Positions 25,721 through 34,097 of a stretch of DNA of 64,000 nt are shown here, in pieces (position 1 is the first letter of the stretch; the number at the start of each line of letters is the position of its first letter). The notes below the pieces were generated by a model, which was not told the DNA's origin, made no database searches, and saw only the letters and a list, made by a program, of their open reading frames with translations. The translations under genes were made by a program, and so were the position numbers. The stretch lies in NCBI GenBank assembly GCA_964516995.1, contig CAZFAV010000004.1, positions 18,689 to 82,688 on the forward strand, written 5' to 3'. This DNA comes from an uncultured Candidatus Peribacteria bacterium (GTDB taxonomy: Bacteria; Patescibacteriota; Gracilibacteria; UBA1369; 2-02-FULL-48-14).

Positions 25721-26845
25721 TCAGGTTAAAACCTCCAGAAGTTTATTGGCCGCCAGTGCTTCTTTTATTTCCATCGCAATACGTTCTCCGTAGCTCACCG
25801 GGTGACCCCAGAGGTAGCTGCTGTAGGGAGTGAAGCGGGTGCCGGGAGAGCCTGGAATGCGCATGGACACGTCGAAGATCACGAACTCTTCACGTCCATT
25901 TTCTGCGGCCACAGCACCTTGGAGCGCAAAAGGACCGATGATGCCGGGCTTAGCATATTCTTGAGTGGCTTTCACGAATTTTTCCCCAATATCGAAGGCT
26001 TTCTCAACCAAGGATTCCTTCATAGTCACAGCCACGTGGCCGGTCTCTACCATGCTGGGCTGGTAGCCGCTGGTGAGGAGCTCGTTTTGCACGCCGGCAC
26101 TGAGTCGAAGAAAGCCATCGAGACTGGTTTGGCGACGCATGTCGGTTCCCATGAGTTCGAGTTCACCGGTGAGCGGAGAATAGAAATAATTGAGGTTCAC
26201 TTGGGCTCCGATGATGAATTCTTCGATCACCGCTTTATCGAGTCCTTCCTTTGTGATTTTACCGGAAGCAATCATTTCGTCAGACTTTTTCTTGTAATCT
26301 TCCGGGCTGGTGGCCACAAAGAAAGCTCGCTCGTAGGAGCGAGTGGCTTCATTTACCTTCACGATCACGGGGCCGTTGATGTCTGCTGGCTTGGCAATCA
26401 TTTTCGGCAAACGAATGCCGGCTTTTTCGAGCAAGAAGTACTGATTGTTTTCTACATCGCGTTCTTCCAAGCGCACGAGGTGGCGCGTGCCGTAAATGGG
26501 CACATTGAAGTCGTTGGCAATCGCTTCCCAATCGCAGTAGACCCAAAAATAACGGTTGTGCACAAAGATGGTATTGAGCCCGCGGAGCTCTTCTTGCACT
26601 TCGGGCTTCACGATGTCTGCGAATTTATCGAGGAGAATGAGATGGTCTACGCAGCCCTTCCCTCCTTCTCGCGTTCGGTAGTATTTTTCGTAAGTTTTTT
26701 CACGTCCCTTTTGAGCCACTACCAAGGTTTGGAACCCGAGCTTCTTGGCTCCTTCACAGACTTCCAAAGCACTGTGTCCACCCAGCACCCCAATGGTGAT
26801 TTGAGAGAGATTGTAGGATTTGAGGACTTCGGGAAGGGAGATCAT
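25721..26845 (-). CDS. purP: 5-formaminoimidazole-4-carboxamide ribonucleotide (FAICAR) synthetase, archaeal ATP-grasp type (PurP paralogue 1)
   Basis: ITIGVLGGHSALEVCEGAKKLGFQTLVV, GPVIVKV.., YFYSPLTGELELMGTDMRRQT, PGIIGPFALQG, FDVSMRIPGSPGT and YGERIAMEIKEA follow the PurP (MJ0136-type) pattern. Confidence 0.75.
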   Translation of the reverse strand: MISLPEVLKSYNLSQITIGVLGGHSALEVCEGAKKLGFQTLVVAQKGREKTYEKYYRTREGGKGCVDHLILLDKFADIVKPEVQEELRGLNTIFVHNRYFWVYCDWEAIANDFNVPIYGTRHLVRLEERDVENNQYFLLEKAGIRLPKMIAKPADINGPVIVKVNEATRSYERAFFVATSPEDYKKKSDEMIASGKITKEGLDKAVIEEFIIGAQVNLNYFYSPLTGELELMGTDMRRQTSLDGFLRLSAGVQNELLTSGYQPSMVETGHVAVTMKESLVEKAFDIGEKFVKATQEYAKPGIIGPFALQGAVAAENGREEFVIFDVSMRIPGSPGTRFTPYSSYLWGHPVSYGERIAMEIKEALAANKLLEVLT

Positions 26846-26879
26846 GAGGTTTGAACGATTAAAGCGGGACTATGGTAAC

Positions 26880-26908
26880 AAAAAAGGGACTCCCTGGGGA
26901 GTCCCTTT
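26880..26908 (-). terminator. Rho-independent terminator after the SLH/S-layer gene
   Basis: The minus-strand RNA reads AAAGGGACUCC-CCAG-GGAGUCCCUUU followed by UUUGUU: a perfect 11-bp stem, 4-nt loop and U-tract, 12 nt after the stop at 26920. Confidence 0.75.
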
Positions 26909-26919
26909 GAGTGAGATTC

Positions 26920-28278
26920 TTAGTTGTCCATGACCCAAGCGCGGTAGGCGTTGTTCACCATTACAGCTGCTTCGGCACGGGAGAGGTTGCGTTCAGGCTT
27001 GAACGTTCCATCGGGGTAACCTTCTACTACATCGTAGTCGGTGGCCACACGAACGGTGGAAGCGAACCAGTCACTGCGGTAGATATCGGAGAAGCGAGTA
27101 GCGGTTTCATCGGTGTCTACACCAGCGAGACGAACGAGGAGCATGAGAGCTTCTACACGAGAGATGGGTTGGTTGGGGTAGTAGTGATTGTCCTCATCAA
27201 TCGCATCAAGACGGTAAGCGGTCGCTACGTACTTGTAGTACCATTCACTTTCTTCTACGTCGCTGAAGGGAACGCTGAAGTCATCGTACTTGCTGGTGTC
27301 TATGGCGGCATTCATAATAGCCATTTTGAGGAACTCAGCACGAGTGATGGTGTGGTTCACCATGTAGTTTCCTTGTTCACCTTCGATGATTCCACGGCAG
27401 TAAAGATCCGTGATAGCGGTTTTTCCCCAGTGGAAATCAATGTCTTGGAAGGGTGTTTGGCAACCGTTATCAGGAGTGAGTTGAACCTTATAAGACTGAG
27501 TTTCGGTGTTGATATCATTCACGTTGAAACCTTGATCGAGATAACCATCCACGCTCACAGCGAGCATGTAATCGGTGTCGCTCATTTCGGTTTGAAGAGC
27601 AAGGAGGTAACTTCCATCTCCATTGTCTTCAACGGCATAAATGTGGGTGTCGGTTCCTTCTCCCAATTGGAAGTTACTGGAATCGAGGTTCTTAATCGAA
27701 CTTCCCTTGTCGTTGATTACCGTCACTTCAAGGTTGAAAACGCGAGCAGATACTTGGTCAATCTTAGCGCTCTTGGTGCTTTCTTCATCGGCACGTACAC
27801 GAATCCAGTAAGCATTGTTGTCTTCGAATTCAAACTTTTCCCAGTCGGAAGGAAGGTCAAAAATGACATTGTAAGTACCAATCTTGCTGAAGTTGTCGAT
27901 GGTATCGTCGTTCACATCGAGAGTTTGCCAAGAATCTCCGTCGTTGTATTGCCAGCTGAGCTCGGCATCCTTGTCGTCTTCATATTGAGCATCTCCTTCA
28001 ATAGTGAAGAAAACTTCATCGAAAGGAGACTTGGATCCCATATAGAGATATTCGCTGTCTTCTTCATCGCCTCCGAAGAGTGAGAAGTTGGCATCGTCAT
28101 TCTTTTCTGCAGCAGTTGTCACATCATCGGTGTCTTCACCGTCGGTGTAAACGTAGTCGAGATCTGCAGAAGCACCGGTGATCACCTCAGTGGTAGAGTT
28201 AGAACCGGCCAAAGGAGCGAGTGCACTCAGGAAGGAAAGGCCCAGGAGCGCAATGAGTAAAAGGGAGAACTTTTTCAT
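26920..28278 (-). CDS. Secreted S-layer-type protein with three C-terminal SLH domains
   Basis: Signal peptide MKKFSLLLIALLGLSFLSALAPLAG. Three SLH-like repeats (FQDIDFHWGKTAITDLYCRGII..ITRAEFLKM; FSDVEESEWYYKYVATAY..ISRVEALMLL; FSDIYRSDWFASTVRVATDYDVVEGYPDGTFKPERNLSRAEAAVMV). Confidence 0.75.
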   Translation of the reverse strand: MKKFSLLLIALLGLSFLSALAPLAGSNSTTEVITGASADLDYVYTDGEDTDDVTTAAEKNDDANFSLFGGDEEDSEYLYMGSKSPFDEVFFTIEGDAQYEDDKDAELSWQYNDGDSWQTLDVNDDTIDNFSKIGTYNVIFDLPSDWEKFEFEDNNAYWIRVRADEESTKSAKIDQVSARVFNLEVTVINDKGSSIKNLDSSNFQLGEGTDTHIYAVEDNGDGSYLLALQTEMSDTDYMLAVSVDGYLDQGFNVNDINTETQSYKVQLTPDNGCQTPFQDIDFHWGKTAITDLYCRGIIEGEQGNYMVNHTITRAEFLKMAIMNAAIDTSKYDDFSVPFSDVEESEWYYKYVATAYRLDAIDEDNHYYPNQPISRVEALMLLVRLAGVDTDETATRFSDIYRSDWFASTVRVATDYDVVEGYPDGTFKPERNLSRAEAAVMVNNAYRAWVMDN

Positions 28279-28300
28279 GGGATACAGTTAAAAGGAGAGT

Positions 28301-28329
28301 AATTTATACTATCCTTGCTTAATTGTCAA
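28301..28329 (-). promoter_or_regulatory. Candidate promoter for the SLH/S-layer gene
   Basis: On the minus strand, TTGACA (28324-28329), a 17-nt spacer, then TAAATT (28301-28306). The ATG lies at 28278. Confidence 0.5.
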
Positions 28330-28336
28330 TAGTGGT

Positions 28337-28864
28337 TTAGAACCTCAAAGTTTCCAGGACTGTTTGAGTCTTTTCTTTTTTCTCATCAGTTCCTTCCCGT
28401 ACCACCCAGAGGGTTCCGTTCTTTTCCAAGAGGTATTCGGTCACCATGTAGTCACCGAACTCAGAATAATATGTTACTTTTGTGAAAGTATTCTCCCCTA
28501 TGTCTACCGTCTCCTGTGTGAATTCATGTTCGTCAACAGCTCCCCCAGTTTTAAGGTAGTCCACTTCCGCGTTCAAGTTTCTTTCCGATGGCTTAAGGGT
28601 GATGGCCCCGAGTAATTCTCCTTCAAAACCAGTACGATCCACGGTGTCCAATACCAGAAAGTCGGAATAGGGCATGTCAGAAACCACCAAGCCATCCGGT
28701 ACTTCAAAGGAGATTCCGTGTTTTGTCCAAGTGTAACGATCTTCTGTGTCCATGCTACTTTCTTCGCCGCCATCTGTAGTGTCCGTTGTGATGGGAGTAG
28801 TTGTTTGCTCACAAGCGGATAAAGCCAGTGCGAGTAGGAAAAATGAAAGGAAAGTTTTTTTCAT
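28337..28864 (-). CDS. Hypothetical lipoprotein
   Basis: I chose the start at MKKTFLSFFLLALALSAC (lipobox). Nothing else is recognisable. Confidence 0.55.
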   Translation of the reverse strand: MKKTFLSFFLLALALSACEQTTTPITTDTTDGGEESSMDTEDRYTWTKHGISFEVPDGLVVSDMPYSDFLVLDTVDRTGFEGELLGAITLKPSERNLNAEVDYLKTGGAVDEHEFTQETVDIGENTFTKVTYYSEFGDYMVTEYLLEKNGTLWVVREGTDEKKEKTQTVLETLRF

Positions 28865-28923
28865 GGGAAAAATTAAAGTCGCTGCCATCATCTCCTCCTA
28901 GGCTTCCAGTTGCAAGAAAATGG

Positions 28924-29970
28924 CTAACCTAAAATCTCATCTAAACGCCCTGACTCTATCGCCTGCTTGATTTCACGCGCCAAACGACGGCCCGTGGACA
29001 TGGGTTCCTTGTAACGAAGGGCAGTGTAGGGGGATCCTTCTATATAGGGGTTGGTTCCTGCCACAATACGAGCAGAGATTTCAAAGACACGGAAGTTGAG
29101 ATTGGGATCGATAATGCCTTCTAAACAGAAGGGCCCAAAGAGACCTGCGGTTTTATCATCCAAATTTTTAGAATGTTCAATTACGCTTTTCCCTATTTTG
29201 AAAAACATGGGGAGCATGGATTCTCGCACCACAATGGGGATGTTGCCGGTGATGGTGTAGCTGGTCCTGATGTTGGCTTCGATTTGATCCTTAGCGGCGA
29301 TGCGCCCGATGGAATCGGCATTGGACTCGTAGCGCTTGTCGAAGCTCATGATTTCGAGTTCTCCGGTAAGCGCCGAGTAGAAATAATGCACATACATAGG
29401 CACTCCAACGATGTATTCCTGAATGGCATATTCACTTTGCTCCGGAAATTCTTTGATGCGCTCCTGGAATTCTTCTGGTGACTTGGCGATAAAATACCCG
29501 AACCCTCCTTTGGCTCCATGGAATTTTACAATCACTGGGCGATCGATTTGTTCCGGTTTTTTGAAGACTTCCGGGAGATTGAGGCCCGCTTTTTTGAGCC
29601 ACTGTCTTTCCATGCTGCGATCGGATTCCCATTGCAAGATTCCTTTGCAACCATAGTAGTTTGCCTTCATTTTTTGAATCACATTTTCTACTCCGACATA
29701 ACTCACAAAACTGCCGTGAGGAATCACAATGGCATTCTTAGCGATGAGTTGGTCTTCGATGCTAAAATAATCTGCAAAACTGGGAATTTCGATGAGTTCG
29801 TCTGCTACCGGAAAGCTTTCAAAAACCGGCCGTATTTCGGGCGTGATGATGGCGATGGTACGGAAGCCTTCATCTTTGGCACCTTTTAGAATTTGTAGGG
29901 CCGTGTGGCTGCCAATGGTGGCAATGGCGTAATCGGAAATAGAAGTGGACATAGCAGAGCTTTTGGCCAT
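28924..29970 (-). CDS. purP: FAICAR synthetase, archaeal ATP-grasp type (PurP paralogue 2)
   Basis: IATIGSHTALQILKGAKDEGFRTIAI, IVIPHGSFVSYVG, DRPVIVKFHGAKGGFGYFIA, YFYSALTGELEIMSFDKRYESN, TGNIPIVVRES, GPFCLEG, FEISARIVAGTN. This copy is closer to the canonical PurP consensus than paralogue 1. Confidence 0.8.
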   Translation of the reverse strand: MAKSSAMSTSISDYAIATIGSHTALQILKGAKDEGFRTIAIITPEIRPVFESFPVADELIEIPSFADYFSIEDQLIAKNAIVIPHGSFVSYVGVENVIQKMKANYYGCKGILQWESDRSMERQWLKKAGLNLPEVFKKPEQIDRPVIVKFHGAKGGFGYFIAKSPEEFQERIKEFPEQSEYAIQEYIVGVPMYVHYFYSALTGELEIMSFDKRYESNADSIGRIAAKDQIEANIRTSYTITGNIPIVVRESMLPMFFKIGKSVIEHSKNLDDKTAGLFGPFCLEGIIDPNLNFRVFEISARIVAGTNPYIEGSPYTALRYKEPMSTGRRLAREIKQAIESGRLDEILG

Positions 29971-30000
29971 CTTAGCAAAGTCCAGAAAATTGTCGAGGGT

Positions 30001-30738
30001 TTAGAAAAATGCGAGTAGGAGGAGTCCCAGGGCGATGCGATAATAACCAAAGGCCTGTAGGCCGTGCTTATGAAGAAATTTCATGAGGAAGTCTGCTGCA
30101 AACCAGCTCGAGAAAAAAGCGGTAACAAACCCTGTCACCAGCACAGCGGCACTGAGCGTAACGGGATCCTCGCCAATGGCAATATGGTATGAGGTCAGTA
30201 ATCCTGCTCCGGTGATGGCCACTGCTCCCAGCATAAAAGAAAATTTGGCTGCTTCTTCGCGCTTTATCCCAAGCATCATTCCCGTAAAAATAGTGGAGCC
30301 ACTCCGAGAAACACCAGGGATGAGTGCAAACATTTGTGCAAACCCTATAGCGATTCCTCTCCCCCATGTCAGAGGCCGGTCATTTCGGGGTTGAGGTATA
30401 AAATACAAAAGACCCATCACAATCATGAGAATAGCGATTGAGTTGAGATTCCGTAAATGTGCATCGATGGTGTCTTCTAAAAGTACCCCGGCTATAGCGG
30501 CGGGAAGCGTAGCTAGGATGAGTAACGGCCAGCGGCGGGGCTGGAAGATGTCGCGACGGAAATAAATTAATATGGCGAGCAAAGTACCGAGGTGCAGTGT
30601 TACATCAAAGTCTTTGAGTTGGTCGACTTTGAGATCCAATAAAATTTCTGCCACAACTAAATGTCCAGAAGAGGAAATGGGTAAAAACTCCGTAAGGCCC
30701 TGGAGTAATCCGAGAAAAGCGGCTTGGAAAAGACTCAT
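30001..30738 (-). CDS. uppP: Undecaprenyl-diphosphate phosphatase
   Basis: LLQGLTEFLPISSSGHLVV and PGVSRSGSTI motifs in a polytopic membrane protein of 245 aa. Confidence 0.85.
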   Translation of the reverse strand: MSLFQAAFLGLLQGLTEFLPISSSGHLVVAEILLDLKVDQLKDFDVTLHLGTLLAILIYFRRDIFQPRRWPLLILATLPAAIAGVLLEDTIDAHLRNLNSIAILMIVMGLLYFIPQPRNDRPLTWGRGIAIGFAQMFALIPGVSRSGSTIFTGMMLGIKREEAAKFSFMLGAVAITGAGLLTSYHIAIGEDPVTLSAAVLVTGFVTAFFSSWFAADFLMKFLHKHGLQAFGYYRIALGLLLLAFF

Positions 30739-30747
30739 GGGCTGAGT

Positions 30748-30969
30748 CTAGTTTTTGCTGGGTCTTTTTACAAGGTCGTAGATCGCTGCCAGCGTGAAGA
30801 TGACTTGCAGAACGATAAAAATGAGGTCGTTCAAATAAATACTGTAGGCCTCTAAGCAAAGCCCTCCCGCAATGTAGAGCCCATCTTGCTGAGAACGTTT
30901 TTTGGTGACGATTCCTATGGAAATTAAAAGAAGCCCTGCTGCTCCAATCCCTTTAAATAAGAGATCCAT
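30748..30969 (-). CDS. Small hypothetical membrane protein (73 aa)
   Basis: Two or three hydrophobic helices, packed tightly between purH and uppP. No family recognised. Confidence 0.45.
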   Translation of the reverse strand: MDLLFKGIGAAGLLLISIGIVTKKRSQQDGLYIAGGLCLEAYSIYLNDLIFIVLQVIFTLAAIYDLVKRPSKN

Positions 30970-30972
30970 TTT

Positions 30973-32544
30973 TTAATGTTTAAAGCTACGAATTCCACTG
31001 AGCACCATGGCCATTCCTAGCTCGTCCGCTTTAGCAATCACCTCTGCATCACGAATAGAGCCTCCGGGCTGAATCACTGCGTGTATTCCTGCCGCATGTG
31101 CTTCTTCTACAGCATCCGGGAAAGGAAAGAACGCGTCGGAAGCCATAACGGATCCTGGGATGCGGTCGGCACCTTTGCGCTTAGCGATAATTACACTGTC
31201 TACACGAGACATCTGTCCGGCTCCAATTCCAGTAGCGGTGCAACCTCCTTTATCGTTGAGTTTGGCAAAAACGACGGCATTGGATTTTACATGCTTTACG
31301 AGAACGCGAGCGAAAAGCAGAGCTTCAATTTCCTCCTGGGTGGGCGCAGCTTTAGTGACCACCTGTAAGTCCTTTTCCGTAACAACATGTTGGTCTGCCG
31401 TTTGAACGAGAAGACCCCCCGACACGGAACGAATGTGTCTTTGATTGGGGTTTTTACGGAGCTCTCCTGTTTCCAGCAAGCGGAGTTTTTCTTTAGCGCT
31501 AAAAAGTTCGCGTGAGCCTTTGTCGAAGCTGGGCGCGATGACGATTTCTACGAAGAGTTTTTTCTCCTGAATGAATTCAGCGATCTCTTTGGTACAGGGC
31601 CGGTTGAGAGCAATCACACAGCCAAAAGCAGCCATGGGATCCACGGCATAAGCTTCTCGAAAGGCGTCCTCTATGCTGTCAGCAGTAGCGGCACCACATG
31701 GGTTGGTGTGCTTTATAATAGCCGCTGCTGGCTTGTCAAAATCTTTGACGAGTTCGAGAGCGCCGTCGGCATCAATGATGTTGTTGTAAGAAAGTTCCTT
31801 ACCTTGCAGTACCTTTGCGTTGGTCACATTGGGGAAGTTGTCCGAAGGGTCGCGGAAGAAAGCTGCTTTTTGATGTGGGTTCTCGCCATAACGTAGCTTC
31901 ATTACCTTCTCATAATGGAGGTCAAGGAGTTCGTTGGGCTCGCCTTTGTAGCGAAGATACTCTGCAATGGCATGATCGTAATGGCTGGTTTTTTCAAAGA
32001 CTGAAATGGCACAGTGACGTCGAGTTTCCAGGGTTATACCCCCTTGTTTCTCGAGTTCTTCGATCACTAGTGGGTAATCTTTTGGATCACACACGGCGGT
32101 GACCCATTTGAAGTTTTTAGAAGCGCTACGAAGCATGGAAGGCCCACCGATGTCGATCTGTTCAATAGCTTCAAGCTCAGTTACTCCTTCTTTGGCAATG
32201 GTGTCTTCAAAAGGATAAAGATTAATTACTACCATATCGATTTCGCTGATTCCGTTGGCTGCGGCTACTTCGTCGTCCTCACCTCGGCGCATCAAAAGAC
32301 CTCCGTGCACTTTGGGGTGCAAGGTTTTTACGCGGCCCCCCATCATTTCAGGAAAACCCGTGTACTCAGAAACATCTTTTACTGGAATGCCTGCGTCTTT
32401 AATGGCCTTAGCGGTGCCTCCTGTAGAAAGCAACTCTGCTCCATGTTGGTGCAGCGCTTGGGCAAGAGGAATTAGATTTGTTTTGTCGGACACACTCAGT
32501 AGAGCGCGCTTAATGATCCGAACGTCACTAGAACCTTTTTCCAT
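30973..32544 (-). CDS. purH: Bifunctional AICAR transformylase / IMP cyclohydrolase
   Basis: KRALLSVSDKTNL, TGGTAKA, GGRVKTLHPKVHGG, KHTNPCG and SDAFFPFPD motifs. I chose the ATG at 32544 (the TTG at 32556 is also possible). Confidence 0.9.
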   Translation of the reverse strand: MEKGSSDVRIIKRALLSVSDKTNLIPLAQALHQHGAELLSTGGTAKAIKDAGIPVKDVSEYTGFPEMMGGRVKTLHPKVHGGLLMRRGEDDEVAAANGISEIDMVVINLYPFEDTIAKEGVTELEAIEQIDIGGPSMLRSASKNFKWVTAVCDPKDYPLVIEELEKQGGITLETRRHCAISVFEKTSHYDHAIAEYLRYKGEPNELLDLHYEKVMKLRYGENPHQKAAFFRDPSDNFPNVTNAKVLQGKELSYNNIIDADGALELVKDFDKPAAAIIKHTNPCGAATADSIEDAFREAYAVDPMAAFGCVIALNRPCTKEIAEFIQEKKLFVEIVIAPSFDKGSRELFSAKEKLRLLETGELRKNPNQRHIRSVSGGLLVQTADQHVVTEKDLQVVTKAAPTQEEIEALLFARVLVKHVKSNAVVFAKLNDKGGCTATGIGAGQMSRVDSVIIAKRKGADRIPGSVMASDAFFPFPDAVEEAHAAGIHAVIQPGGSIRDAEVIAKADELGMAMVLSGIRSFKH

Positions 32545-32580
32545 AATGAAGGGCAAACCTGGGGGAGTTTAACGACATTT

Positions 32581-32811
32581 TTAAGGCAAATCAAGCCCGC
32601 CCTTGCTCCAAGGATTACAGCGGAGGATGCGCCATAGACCCATAAAAGATCCACGGATCACACCGTATTTACCAATAGCCATGTGAGTATAGGCGCTGCA
32701 AGAAGGTGTGTAGCGGCAAAAACCTCCCGGGAAGATATGCCTCAGCCATGAATGATCTGGAGAGAGCAGCAGTTGATAGAGGCGAATGAGACCTTGGGCG
32801 ATTTTTTTCAT
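32581..32811 (-). CDS. yidD: Membrane protein insertion efficiency factor YidD
   Basis: LIRLYQLLLSP...CRYTPSCSAYTHMAIGKYGVIRGSFMGLWRILRCNPW signature. I chose the start at MKKIAQG so the gene does not overlap the upstream peptidase gene. Confidence 0.85.
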   Translation of the reverse strand: MKKIAQGLIRLYQLLLSPDHSWLRHIFPGGFCRYTPSCSAYTHMAIGKYGVIRGSFMGLWRILRCNPWSKGGLDLP

Positions 32812-32815
32812 AGCA

Positions 32816-34015
32816 TCACCATACTCCCATGAAGCTGGGACTGATCTTGGCTCCATTGTATTCCACTTCAAAGTGAAGGTGGATTCCTGTGACTCCATAC
32901 ACACGTCCGGTATTTCCCATCTTTCCTATGACTTGGCCTTGAGAGACGTAGTCCCCTTCTTGCACGTAGAATTCGGACATGTGGGCGTAGTGGGTGCGGT
33001 AACCGTTTCCGTGGTCTATCCAGACGTTATTTCCATATCCACCGCTCCAACCTGTACCTGTTTTGTCTACCGTACCGGCGGCCACAGCCACGATGTCGGG
33101 TTTACTGCGGTCAGCGATATCGTAAGCGTAGTGTCCACTGTGGTAACCTTGGGTGATGCTTCCACTGGTGGGACGGATCCAACCCAAAGCATTGGGAGCC
33201 GAAATAATGGCTCCCACATCAGGCCCAGAGGCCGAGTATCCTCCCGTGGTATTGAAACCACTGCCTGTATTGTAGTTTTTATTGCTGTTAGACGCGATGT
33301 ACGTGACTTCAGGCTTTCCATCTACGATGAAGAATGATTCGCCTTCTTTTAAGTCGCTGTCGTCTGTTACTCCGTTAAAGTCTTTGGTCTTGTCTAAATT
33401 CCCCTTGTACTTGTCCATGAGAGACACGAGGGTGGCTCCTTTAGGGATGGTCACATAAACACCATCTTTAGGAGGTATTTTGAGAGTTTGCCCGATCTTG
33501 AGGTAATCACTAGAGAGGCCAGAATTGGCGTATATAATAGAGTTTACGGAAAGGCCATAACGATAAGCAATCATCGAGAGAGTTTCCCCTTCTTGAACCA
33601 CATGGTCTGCCATTTCGGTGCGGTTTTGGTCAAACGTAGCCTGCCCTGCGAGTGGCATGTTTTTGATTAAATACCCCTCTTCATCAGTAACCTGTTCTGT
33701 GGGATTAAGACTCAAATATTCCTGACCAGCCCCTTCTCCTCCAGCGAACTGTCCATTCGTGGTGTTCACAGAAGTGAGTAATAACAAACCGACACTCCAG
33801 GTGGCCAACTGAGTATAAAGACGGCGAGGTGCCGGAAGGCGATCCAAGGGATGCATAAATTGGGACAACCTTTTCCCAGAAGGGGAAATGAAATCCCAGG
33901 CTTTTCTAATTGCTCTCTTTGTGCTGAACCAAACTCGTCCGATTGTGCTGTGGTAGTGACCTTCCCAGAGCTTTTTATGCCGCTCCTGTCGGGCCTCTTT
34001 ATTGACAGTACTCAT
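32816..34015 (-). CDS. LysM domain-containing M23 family metallopeptidase
   Basis: LysM: HVVQEGETLSMIAYRYGLSVNSIIYAN...IGQTLKIP. M23: HYAYDIA...WIDHGNGYRTHYAHMSEFYVQEGDYVSQGQVIGKMGNTG...GIHLHFEV. One N-terminal TM helix. Confidence 0.85.
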   Translation of the reverse strand: MSTVNKEARQERHKKLWEGHYHSTIGRVWFSTKRAIRKAWDFISPSGKRLSQFMHPLDRLPAPRRLYTQLATWSVGLLLLTSVNTTNGQFAGGEGAGQEYLSLNPTEQVTDEEGYLIKNMPLAGQATFDQNRTEMADHVVQEGETLSMIAYRYGLSVNSIIYANSGLSSDYLKIGQTLKIPPKDGVYVTIPKGATLVSLMDKYKGNLDKTKDFNGVTDDSDLKEGESFFIVDGKPEVTYIASNSNKNYNTGSGFNTTGGYSASGPDVGAIISAPNALGWIRPTSGSITQGYHSGHYAYDIADRSKPDIVAVAAGTVDKTGTGWSGGYGNNVWIDHGNGYRTHYAHMSEFYVQEGDYVSQGQVIGKMGNTGRVYGVTGIHLHFEVEYNGAKISPSFMGVW

Positions 34016-34097
34016 CTTATGGAGGATAGCTCAAGCATGGTGGTGGGTCAAGCGGGCTCCGGTTGTGTTTGCGTCCCCAAGCCACTATTCTGACGCT

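Noticed and set aside
25802-26854. A 350-aa ORF on the + strand.
   Set aside because: It lies entirely antisense to the well-supported PurP paralogue 1. Its translation is low-complexity (runs of H, F, G and E) with no motif. It is a typical shadow ORF of a GC-balanced gene.
26911-28083. A 390-aa ORF on the + strand.
   Set aside because: It lies antisense to the SLH/S-layer gene, which has a signal peptide, SLH repeats, a promoter and a terminator on the minus strand. The + strand translation is Val/Ile/Phe-rich nonsense.
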